Program-made: the position numbers and the translations under genes
DNA from: Paramecium tetraurelia
Taxonomy: Eukaryota
Length of the DNA: 64,000 nucleotides
Assembly (NCBI GenBank): GCA_000165425.1
Contig: CT868667.1
Location: forward strand, 248,001 to 312,000
Direction: 5' to 3'
Notes under the pieces: generated by a model
What the model saw: only the letters and a program-made list of their open reading frames with translations
Told to the model about the DNA's origin: nothing
Database searches by the model: none
In this document: one piece after another, positions 27,741 to 39,076 of the stretch
Layout: each line of letters begins with the position of its first letter
Position numbering within the stretch: position 1 is the stretch's first letter

Positions 27741-30135
27741 TCATTTACGATTTTGCTATTGTTATTATTATTGCTGTTCTTCCATCTCTTATTTTACTTA
27801 TGAATATTTAGGCTACTTTTGCTGATTTTATTGATTCATATTCATAATCTGAAAGTACTAATCACCATATTGAGGCATCATTGGAATTTAATAATTCATA
27901 ATTGGAACCTACTATTACTGTTGGTTTGTCTTCTACTACTGATTTAATTGTCCTTACACTTGCTATTATTATTAATATACTGGCTAAGAGGTGTATCTAA
28001 TTATGTTAAAATACTCAATACATAATTGGAATGAATTATTATGGCATTCCTACAGCTTAGGGTGCTGCCAAAGGAAGTTATTGTAAAGGCATTTAAGCAA
28101 GCTGAGGCATGGAAGCCAATTAAGGCATCTATATTTACCCATTCTAAACAGTAGCCATTTATCCAGGCTAAACCATTTATGGAATTTATCCCTAAACTTG
28201 TTGTATCATTTGTGGTGGCAATTGAGAAATTATCTATGGCATTTATCCTGGGATCGTTGATACTACCTACGTTGGAATCTATCCAACCATTTGATTTGGA
28301 ATCTAACCTACCATCTAACCCATTTATCCTGGGAGTTGACCTATCATCTATCCTGAGAGTTGGCCAACCATTTATCCTGGCATCTAACTAATAATCTACC
28401 CAGGAATTTAGCTGACCATCTAGCCTGGCATTTAACCTACCATCTAAGCTGGCATTTAACCTACCATTTATCCTGGCATTTAACTTACCATTTATCCTGG
28501 AATTTGCCCCATCATTTAACCTGGTAATATTGGAATTTGAGCTACTGGAGCCATCTACATTTAAGGATACATAAAATTTGAAGGATAGACAAGTTAATAA
28601 TATTATTATTATTAAGACTATTACTATAATTATAATTGTTGTTATTGCTATTGTTGTTACTATAATTGAGAAGATTGTTACTATTGTTAAGGTTGTTATT
28701 ATTACCCAGACGCTTATTATTATTATATGGGTATCACTGGAGTTGGTTGTGCAACTGGCTACATGATTGGTTAGACTAAAGGCAGTTAAACTGGGATTTG
28801 TGGTTGAGAGGGGATTGGAGTTTATTGAAAAATCTATTAAGGATTCTACTACTACGGTTGTTATGGTTAGGATTATTATTACTGAGGCTATTGTAATTTT
28901 GATTCTAATTTTGGTAGAGGAGGCGGAAGAGATTATATCTTACTTAGTGATGATTACACTTCCTTTTTCTACTCCTTTTTTTTTTTCATAAGTTCCATTA
29001 CTACTTTTAGTTGTGATTTTGGAAATAAGTGCAACTTTTATGAATCTTTTCCCATTACTGCAAATTATACTTCTGATAAGTTTTCAGAATCACTTATCGG
29101 CTCTTCATCCAATTCGACTGTATGACCCTTCTAAGCTACTACTTCTTAATAGTAATCTTTCATTTTATTTATATCGAGATTTTAATCTTATTCATAATGC
29201 TATAGAACCTTTTTGATTATGTTTTTGGCATGCAATTTTTCATCTTTTTCCTCTGCTTTAGATAGTCTCTTAGAACAGGAATTCTGGATACTACCATTGT
29301 TTTTCCTCTACACCTTATTATCTGGCATAAATTCTTGTTTAGTCTTTGTGATATTTGGTTCCAATTTACTTAATTAATATAATATGAAGCTTATTTCTTA
29401 TTGTCCAAATTATTCGAATTTCACATTTTCATTTAGCTACAATTTTACTAACTATTTCTCAATATCTGCTTTACTCAATATAGGAACATCCTAATTTTCA
29501 AGCTTTCTCAAAATATTGAAATATCTATTTTTTATTGAACTCTCAGTTCTAGAATTTTTCATCTCCGTAGCTATAATCATCCAATTCTTCCCATGTTTAA
29601 GTAGTTGTTTACATAATTCATATTCCTCATTCTTTTCCCAAGGCCCCCTTTGAATATTTGGATTTAATTTATTTAGCCATCTATCCCTTACAATTTTTGC
29701 CATTTTCACATTTTATTGATTTAACTTTTATGCTAATTCTTTTGCTATATCGCTCCATTTAAATGGCCTATTCTATGTTAAATAAGACAAGCAAATCTCT
29801 TTCAGGGCTTCATCCTCCTTTTTTTACCATTATTACTAGAGTAATCTTATTTTTTTCCTTGTCGTCGCATATTATAATTTGCAATCAATTTTAGTGCTTT
29901 TCATTAATTATGATATTAGGCTCCAGACATCATCAGGAACAAGATGATGACTTATCTATTAATCAATGCAATAGGTTTAAATTAACAATTTTAACTATTT
30001 GACTGATGCCTCATCCCATTTAGAGCTGGTAACCTGAAAGTCAATATTATTACTTGTTAATGTTCTAATTTCATTCTTGATTGCTTCATCTGTCTATTTC
30101 AAGAGTTCTAAAAACTAATCAAGAGTCTCCTACAT
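27741..30135 (-). CDS. Myb-domain transcription factor (three repeats, first degenerate) with long Q/P/G/M-rich C-terminus
   Basis: KWDE..VW, QWQKKEDEAL..KWSDIA..VRDRWLNKLNP, RGPWEKNEE..KNWMIIA..RTESSIKNRY; one 25-nt intron 27997-28021. Confidence 0.9.
28261..28530 (-). repeat. Coding tandem repeat, ~24-bp unit encoding PGQM(V/I)(G/S)Q(M/I/L), about 10 degenerate copies
   Basis: Minus-strand translation PGQMMGQI PGQMVSQM PGQMVGQM PAQMVGQM PGQMVSQI PGQIISQM PGQMVGQL SGQMIGQL PGQM... Confidence 0.85.
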
Positions 30136-31193
30136 TTTTATGTATTTATTAATTATATGAATATTTAATCATAATTCATTTCTCATCATTCGATAACTCA
30201 TTTGTTATCTCCCCTTAACAAGTGAGATTTTTATAACCAACTTAAATATTCATTTAGCTTTAATAGCACATAATTGTATTAATATTAGAGCTGAGAGAAG
30301 TCATATTTTGATAAAACAATTAATACTACAATGAAGAGTAAATCATGGCAATTGTATGTTCGATCAGAATACAACAATAAATAGTTATTAAATTCAAATT
30401 TCACTGTTAATCTGTGGCTTTACAAATGATTAGGTAAACTTTAAGATTAAAATTGCTATAACAACCATCCTTAGAGTATGTATTTAGCAAATGCTTAGTT
30501 TTATCGAAATATGTTGTTTAGAACTTTATTACAACCATAGATCAAATTGAAATATTCATATCAAAGTTATAAGACTATGAAGGATCAGATTTTCTATTAA
30601 ATTGAAAAAGTAAACATAATAAAATACTGGCTAAATAAAAGGCATAAGCTTTTAATTTATTAAATACTTTTGAATACTATTTCGAAATTTCGCTTCTTAA
30701 ATAATAATGATATCATCTTGGATTGCATATTCAAATATTTTTGCAAAATTATAATCTACCAGAAAAGCTGAAAATCTGCTTAATTAATTATTTCGCATTA
30801 GGGAAGTAGATCATGATTAGTTCCTGGAGGCTTATTATTTCCTAATAAAATTGAGAAAAAAAGAAGATGGGTTTAGTAATTTAAATATTGAAGTTTGATA
30901 TCTCCCCTTTAAATTATTAAGAACTAATATATTTTCTACATTCGTGGAAATAATCAAAATTGAGGTAATTATATGGCAAATCAAATGTACTTAGGTTTGC
31001 CGCTCAATCGAATTTGTACGGTTTTAGTGGCAATCTGAGAATTAATATAGTGGTTTGAATTGTTTGTGTAAAGTTTAACTCTGGATTAGTATAAAAGTTA
31101 TTAATAGTGTCGAGGAAGCAAGGACTCAGTTTGACATAGGAGGTATCATATTATAATTACATTCATAACATTAATTATAAATAAATTTGATTA

Positions 31194-34100
31194 ATGAAAA
31201 AAGACAAAAGGAGTGACAAAAAAAAAACATCTTAAGCTTCTCTTTATAGATCTTCGATCACAATTACTGACATTCCAGATAATCTAATGGAAAAGAATGA
31301 TATATTGGCAGAAGAAATATAGAAAACTGTAAAAACTCTCACATACTCATAAAGAATTGCTAAAGCTGAAAGACATATCTATGATGCATATTATTTAAGA
31401 ACCATACGCAATGATATAGATGAAACTAATAAGAAATTTCTAAAAATATTATGGATAATTGAAAATCAGTAATTTTGGATTTAATTCCAATTCCTATTAA
31501 CCTTGATCTATTAATTGATGACTTTCTTTGAATCATCAGCAACAGATGGATTAGAAGGATTCATATTGGCATTTTTTGGATTAGACACTATAATCACTGT
31601 GATATTGTTGAAAACTAAGAAGAAAGGAGGATTAGGATTCAAGTTTAATTTAAAGAGACAACTTAAAATTTTCTTCTTCTGCATGTGTTTACTTGACTTC
31701 TTTGTGCATCTTGGCGATCCGACTATTGTCAGATTCAGTAGACTCCTGAGAGCCTTCTTGATGCCTCTATACTCTAAAGATTTAAGAAGAACCTTAAAAG
31801 GGATTTTGAAAGCAAGTCGAGATTTATTTTTATTGATTGCGTTGTACTTATTCATAATTTCAATATTTTCTTTTGTGGGCATAAACCTGATTGGAGAATT
31901 GGATAATGTTGATAAGACAACCTAAGATTATGGGAACTTCTTAAAGCTGTTCTCAATGCTCTTAATGACTGCTACTCTTGACTTTTATCCTGATATTCTA
32001 ATACCTCCAATGATGTAAGGAACCTATTATGCATTATTCTTCATTATTTACTTGCTGTTGTTTATATTTCTATTTGCACCCATTCCATTGGCAGTCGTTT
32101 ATGAGGGGTTTAGAAACCATAGAATGGAAATTGCTATTAGTGACATCATCAAGTAAAAGTCATCCATGATGGCCAGCTTTATCTCACTAGATTTTGATGA
32201 TCAAGGATACATATCTGAAACCTAATTTAAGGATTTCATTAGAGGTTTTTATAGAAATCAATTGTCTGAAAATAAATTATTGCAATTATTTGGAGAAATT
32301 GACAAAGATTTCAAGTATAAAAACAATAATAATTAGTGATAAAGTGTAATTCGATGAATTCTACTAATTATTAAAAGTCTTGCAAGATGGAACTAGGTTC
32401 ACTCTACCTTCAGCCAAACCTTTGGAGTGTTGGGAAAGATTAAGGGCTTATTTTAATAAAAGAGGACTCTAGAGATTTATCGAAGGCAGTTTTTTTGGGA
32501 CCTCCATGTTGGTAGTGACAATCACCAATTGTATTCTAATTATTGCAGCCTTCTTTATTGAAGACCTTAGTGTGTTAGATATATTCAATTCTTTAGACAC
32601 AATATTTTTGGTACTTTATTCAATGGAATGTCTAGTTAAAATTGTTGCCCTTGGAATTGGAGAATATTTTAATGAGGGGTGGAATGTCTTTGACATCTCA
32701 CTGGTAATCCTTTAAATTATTTTTGATTATATCCTATTTAAAGTTGTAACTGGGAACATAGTACAATCAATTAAGGCAAATAGAATATTGAGATTAGCTA
32801 AGATTCAGAAGGTGTTTCGGTTGTTTAGAGCATTTAGATCCGTTAAAATCATCAGTTTTTTACTCAAAGGAGTAGAATTTTTAGATGTTGTGAGAAGACT
32901 ATTATATAAAATCTTATTCTGCATTCCCATAATTTTTAGGTTAATGATGCCAGTATAAATGGTGTTTTTTATTTATGCTACCATTGGTATTTATGTATAT
33001 GGAGATGTTGAAACAGTGGCAGATAATCCATATGCCAATTCAAAATGTGATCCAAATCAATTCCAATACTCATGGGGAGATTGCAAATATGCCGATTTTA
33101 AATCATTCGCTGGAGCCTATCTAATGATGCTTCAATTTTTCATTGCTGCCGAATGGAATTAGGTTGTTTTTGAATTAACTTATGATACTGGTAATATGTT
33201 TTCAGCTATGGTTTTTATTGGTTCCTTTGAATTTTTATCTATATTTTTATTAGCCTTAATTAGTGGACTTGTTTGGGAAGTATTTACAATTGTGTCTTTA
33301 TCAATCAAATAAGAAGATGAATAAGTAGAAAATGAAATTGAAATTTCAAATGATGCTTAATTGGATACAAAAATAAATGGGATTTCAGGGGTTACTTAGT
33401 TAAAAAAGAAAACGAGGATTTTAAATGATGACAATCCTGATGTTATTTAATTTCAATCAAACGATAAGCGAGATTTAAAAGAGGGCAATCCAGCTTTCAG
33501 AACCATTTCGGAACAATTTTAATAGGACACTTTTAATGAAAACAACTTACAAACTAGGGAAAATTCTTAAGTCAGAATCGTACAAATCGCACATTCCAAA
33601 ACTCTTATTAGAATCAAGACACCTGAATACAAACCTTTTGATGTTGGTGCTTTATACAAACAACATTTCAAAGATTATCAGACTTTCTTAGAATTTAAGT
33701 AAAGTAATGATGGTTTTGATGTGCAACATGTAACAACAGAATACATGAATCATCTAAGGAATGAAATAAAGAAGGATGAAATATTCCATAAAAAATACAT
33801 CAACATTTCAAATCATCATTTGCTTATTTAAAATGCTGTGCTTAGGGATGCCTCTGAAGTTTACATTAAAAAATAAGAAGATGATTTTTTTAAGACTTCA
33901 TATAGAGAGAAATTTGAAAGGATCTAAGAATTGAAATTCCAAAGTAAATTTAAGATTGAAAGCAAAATATTATTCTCCTTAATGGGAATTCTGAAATTTC
34001 CAAAACCTAATATCAAATATTACTTTTAAATACTTTATCTCATTGAAAACTATTTCACATATTAATTATTACCTGAAAGCTCTTTCTTCAAATTATTACA

Positions 34101-34771
34101 TCAAATTAATAATAAATGGTATTTAATTAGTATTGAGGACACTCAAATATGTTTTAACAGATTGCATTCAGGTCCCTGGGATCATTCGGATACCCTATTT
34201 ACAACAAGCAATCTCTAAATTTGTGAAAATCTAAGAAGTTTTATAGACTAGGACACTTATGAAAGCAGAACTACAGTGGAAGACTTCAAATTAAGCTTAA
34301 GCAAACTAGCCAAGAACTTTGAGATGGATATCTCTTCAGTAGATGTCAATAGCAGTTGCATTCTCTATCAAATTACTAATGACTAATATGGATACGATAC
34401 TAATTCAATTAAACTAAAAAGGAGTAAATATTTAGATTAATACTTTAGATCAAGATGAGATATCTCCAGATTAAAAATTTGTTGTCTTGGAATCCCAAAG
34501 AAACATAGGTACTAAAACTTGCTTCACGCATCGTCAAGACTCTTAAAGTTCAGATGAACATTAACATATTAACAAGACTATAATGTTTGTTTTGTCAAAA
34601 ACTTAAGCTCAAGAAAAAAGAATCATTTATTAAAACTAAGTTATGTTGGCTTAATTTATTTTGGATTTGGCTGGAGTAATTCATAATTATTCGCATAACT
34701 TCTTCTAATAAATTGAGGATTTGTATACTTTAAGACTAAAATAGAAAGGTAAAGGTATAAAAAGAATGTGA
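31194..34771 (+). CDS. Two-pore channel (TPC-like, 2x6TM) with EF-hand linker and long C-terminal tail
   Basis: Two 6-TM repeats; S4 VRFSRLLRAF and ANRILRLAKIQKVFRLFRAFRSVK; pore loops TATLDFYPDILIP and FFIAAEWNQV; linker EF-hands DFDDQGYISETQF and IDKDFNDKVQFDEF. Confidence 0.85.
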
Positions 34772-34787
34772 TTAATTTATTATTAAA

Positions 34788-35424
34788 ATGTATATATTAA
34801 TATTACTAATTGTGTAAGTATATTCATACCACACTATTTCTGAGAATTCAAAAGTCAAAACACTCAACCAAACTGAGTTTCAATAATTAAATATTGGTAA
34901 TAATCATTTAAATAATTTCCTAGGTCGAGACAGCCATTCATGGTTCATTTTGTTTTACAGACCATCATGTCCTCATTGCTAAAAAGTCCTGCCTGTTTGG
35001 GAAAGTTTTGCTGAATACAATTAGACATCGAGCAAAATCGGTGCTGTCAATTGGTACTTTTCAAAATAATGTTAGTGAGGTTGAAAAAGATTTATGTAAA
35101 TTATTCTCAATTGATGCTGTACCAACAATGATTCTAATTTCTGAAGGTGGAAATCTTCATCATTATAGTGGAAACAGGACAAAAGAATCTTTTATTCAGT
35201 TTCTTGATAAAAATTGGCAAAATAATGAAACTGAGACCCCTCCTAAGGACGATTCCTCAATATTTGATACAACAACTATATTCATTTTGTTATTACTAGT
35301 GTTGGTGGGTTTTCTTATCTGGATTTACTTCTAGGAGAAGTACGAGTATTCATCAATCAGCAGTTAAGCCAACTAGAGCTCGATTATAGAAATGCAAGAA
35401 ATCAATAAACCAATAGAAATTTGA
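34788..35424 (+). CDS. Type I membrane thioredoxin/PDI-like protein (TMX-like)
   Basis: Signal peptide MYILILLIVQVYS, WFILFYRPSCPHCQK (CxxC), cis-Pro VPT, YSGNRT, C-terminal TM IFILLLLVLVGFLIWIYF. Confidence 0.88.
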
Positions 35425-35612
35425 TTTTATATTATTGTTTAATATATTTGCCGATATTTATTTTAATTGGAAATAATATAATTAGTAAAGATAAATTTAG
35501 AACTAGTTATTTTTGTGAAAATGGAGAAAATGGTATCCGAATCTTATAGGAAAATTTGATAAATAATTATTAAACAATATAAATCAATTTGTTACATATG
35601 AATTAGGCTAAT

Positions 35613-36365
35613 TCAAGGTGTTTCTTCCTTGGTATTACTTTTTACCCTAGACTGTAAATTTTCAATAGAGATCGAATCTATTTGTGTATTTATCGAGCTT
35701 GAGTAGGTTCTTGAATATCTTAACTATTCACTTCCTTTGAAAACCTATTGAAATACCCATTTAAAACTGCTAACTTGTTCAATATGCTTATATATTTAGA
35801 CATCAATTGATACATCAAGAGTTATTGCAATTCGTTTAAGTGATTTTATTTTTTACTCAGTTATAGTCAGTTTAATAGCCATCAACATGATTGTGGCTGA
35901 AGTCGTATGATCTTTAGATTCAAATACTGGAAATCCAACTGATTTCATTTGTTTTTATTCAGCCTTAGAATAGATCTGATTATCTTACCAATTTGAGAGC
36001 CTCTTGAACTACAGCATATATAGTTTGTTTCTCATCTTCTCCATCATCATTTTTCACTGCGTAATTCTTGTCCATGACGACTACAAAAATCTAGCTCTTG
36101 CGTTCTTGTTAATATTTATTAATTAAATACTTTTACTCCCGGCCACATAAACACATTTCTCGTTTATTTATTTAAAACTAGGTCTATCGCTTTACTTTAT
36201 ATTAGTGTATCCAGAATCAGTCGGAATCACTAAGCACTCCACATCCTCATTTTCAACTGGACCTGCCGTTAAAGCAATTTCACAGTTCTCTATTTGGTAT
36301 TTTAATAACAGTTGAGGAAACTGTGAAGATCTCTCACCTGTTTGGAAGCAAAGATTATTTCCCAT
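35613..36365 (-). CDS. Degenerate macrodomain protein with N-terminal acylation motif
   Basis: MGNNLC; IALTAGPVENEDVECLVIPTD; AVVQEALKLAEQKQMKSVGFPVF; SLKRIAITL; three tiny introns. Confidence 0.65.
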
Positions 36366-36977
36366 AATTATTTAATATAAATGTAAATGAATAATTAAAA
36401 GCTGAATTTGAAATGTTTAAAATATTCGAAGACTTGAATGTTTATAAAATCTGAGCAAAATACTGACTATTAAGATGTATACCTTTTTCCTTAGTGTGTG
36501 TGTATTTTAATTTAATGTTTTTTATACTTATCTAAATGATCTGAACTAAATTAATAAAGTGTTATAAGTTAGAAAACATATAGGAGATATTATCAACAAT
36601 TTTAATTCATGTTAGGTGTTTTTAAAGTGTTGCTGAATGAGAAACAGATTCAAATTAAATAATTTTATTTTACATAATAGTTCAGAAAAAAGAATTTGAA
36701 AATATAATTTACTAAATACAATAATGGAAATAGATTTAAGAATAATTATTAGTCAGTGGAAGTGTTCAGTTCCCTTTTGTTTGGATGAGAGATCGCAATG
36801 ATTTTTAGATCAATTGTTAGATTGCTTTGAGTCTTAATTAGATTGTGAATATAATATTGTTATATTTGGATTTTTTGTTTGAGAAGAGGCAAAAAGGCTT
36901 GTGAGTTTCTATTTTCTATTCTAATTTGATCATTAAAGTATTAAATTTTTATATCTTTTTTTTAAAAAAATTATATT

Positions 36978-37508
36978 ATGGCAGACGTTCAATCATAAAG
37001 GGCTTTCCAAAAGTAAGAGGGCATTTTCTAAAACTCAAAGAAACTATTAGCAAAGAAAACATCTAAGGGAGTCAGATATTGGAAGGAAGTCGGTCTTGGT
37101 TTCAAAGTTCCAAAGGAAGCAATTGAAGGTCATTACATTGATAAGAAATGCCCATTCACTGGAAATGTGAGCGTTAGAGGAGCCATTTTGAAGTAAATGA
37201 AAGTCAATAATGAATAGAGGCATAGTAATTTCTACAAAGATGACCAGAACAATCATTATCAGGAGGGATTATTTGCACTATGTTGCCAAATATAATAGAT
37301 ATGAAAAGAGACACAGAAATGTACCAGTTCACATTTCACCAGCATTTGGACCAGTGAAGGAAGGAGATATTGTAGTTTGTGGACAATGCAGGTAAGAATT
37401 TAAATAATAATTTAAAGACCATTATCAAAGACAGTCAGATTCAATGTATTGAAGGTGATTCCAAATGAAATCATTGGTAATGTTAGAAAACAATTTGTTT
37501 TATTCTGA
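36978..37508 (+). CDS. RPS11: 40S ribosomal protein S11 (uS17)
   Basis: [64 protein letters not shown]; two tiny introns. Confidence 0.98.
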
Positions 37509-37583
37509 TTCCAATTATATTTGCATACATATAGTACAATATATATATATTTCATGAATGATGAGAAGAATGATAATAAAAAG

Positions 37584-38084
37584 TCATTTTTCATTGAGGA
37601 CATCCAGCAATTTTTGTAATTGAGTAAGAGGAGACTTTTGGGTGATGGTGATTATTTTATTTTTGATCTACACTTTATGGACTTTTTACAATAATGGAGC
37701 CAGTTTGTTTAGTTTCTACTTGGTAGGTGACGAATCTTTGCTCATTTTATTGAATTTGTCTTCACTCAAAGTGAAATTGAATTGTGAGGGAGTAACTCTG
37801 ATATGTCTGGGATTAGCAGGTCTCAACTTTAAAGGATTCTCATCTTTGATTTAATACAGAACTTGACTCTGTTAAATTCTGGTGGAGTGTAGAGATTTCT
37901 TGCGAGGACTCCTTATTTCAGTCACCTGTCTTATATGACATAAATTGGGCAATAACTTTCGATTTTTGTTAGAAGGCATTGGGGATGAATACTCCATAGA
38001 TTCAGAAAGTAGTTTAAGTTAATTAGTGTGGGAGGATTGGGAGTAGTCTTGCCACCCAGCTAGTTGTGTGAAATCATTAATCAT
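37584..38084 (-). CDS. Hypothetical basic S/P/K-rich protein (~166 aa)
   Basis: Uninterrupted 501-nt code-6 ORF from ATG to TGA with coding-like GC content; no recognisable domain. Confidence 0.6.
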
Positions 38085-38092
38085 ATTAATTA

Positions 38093-39062
38093 TCAAATAT
38101 TGTCATTCTTATTATAAGTGATATTAGTAAGGTTGACGGATTCGTCTGCTTATAAAAATGAATTGTGATGTTGTCTCTGGAACCACTGACTGAGTTTCAC
38201 CTATTCACAGTTCAATCTATAGATGGGATTCTTGGTGAGTAGACAATTAAGTAACATGATCAAATCAGTTGGTATCGACTTGCAATCTGTGAGTGGGTTG
38301 TGATAAATGATTTGTTTTTGCAACTCCTCCTGGGTCAAGCCTTCAAAGGGTCGATGTTAAAATACCAATTCCTATTGCCATATTACTAATTCAATACAAA
38401 AATGATAATTCCTAAGGACCAACTATCGACTTTTTCAGTATGTGGTTGCAACAATACAATCTCAGGAGGCATATAATGAGTTGTTCCACAATTCGTAGGT
38501 TCAGCTGCGTAACTAGTGATCTTGGTGGCCCAATTGAAATCTGTCAATTTGATGGTGTCATTTTCATCCAACAATATATTATCCAACTAAAATGTCGGTG
38601 TTTCTTAAATACCTTTAAGTCACGATGGACGATTCGTTGTCGATGTAAGTAGATTAGTGCCTCATTCAACTAATATATGTAGTGGTAAATCTCGTTTTCC
38701 AACAATCTTCTCTTGCAAATCTCCTATCGAAGAGTTCCTTTGCTGCAATACTCTTGCACCAAATAGATAAATTTCTCGTCTTCAAAGTATTCCACCAACT
38801 CCACTATATGTGGATGATGCAATTTCGATTAGATTCTTATCTCACTTAATATGTTATTTTCAGCATGAAACTCTTCCATCTTCTGCTTTTCAATCTAAAA
38901 ATATTTTCAAATTTCCCCTACCAACTTAATTGCGTATTTCTTTTTACTCTTGACATCCTTTGCCAACTTTACTTTTCCATATGATCCCATCCCTATCTCA
39001 TCCAACAACTAATAATTTCTAGTCGAACTTTGAATTGTATTTTTAATTTTGCAGCAAAACAT
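38093..39062 (-). CDS. Aurora-like Ser/Thr kinase (DFN variant)
   Basis: MFCCK, GMGSYGKV, YAIK, EIRIQSKLHHPHIV, HRDLKLDNILL, TDFNWA, CGTTHYMPPE, VDSWSLG. Confidence 0.88.
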
Positions 39063-39076
39063 AATAATTATTTTTT

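Noticed and set aside
28179..29216. Hydrophobic plus-strand ORFs in the supplied track
   Set aside because: They are antisense shadows of the Q-rich Myb coding strand (TAA/CAA repeats read as TTA/TTG).
36366..36977. Possible snoRNA or regulatory RNA upstream of RPS11
   Set aside because: No convincing C/D or H/ACA box pair or terminal stem found by eye.
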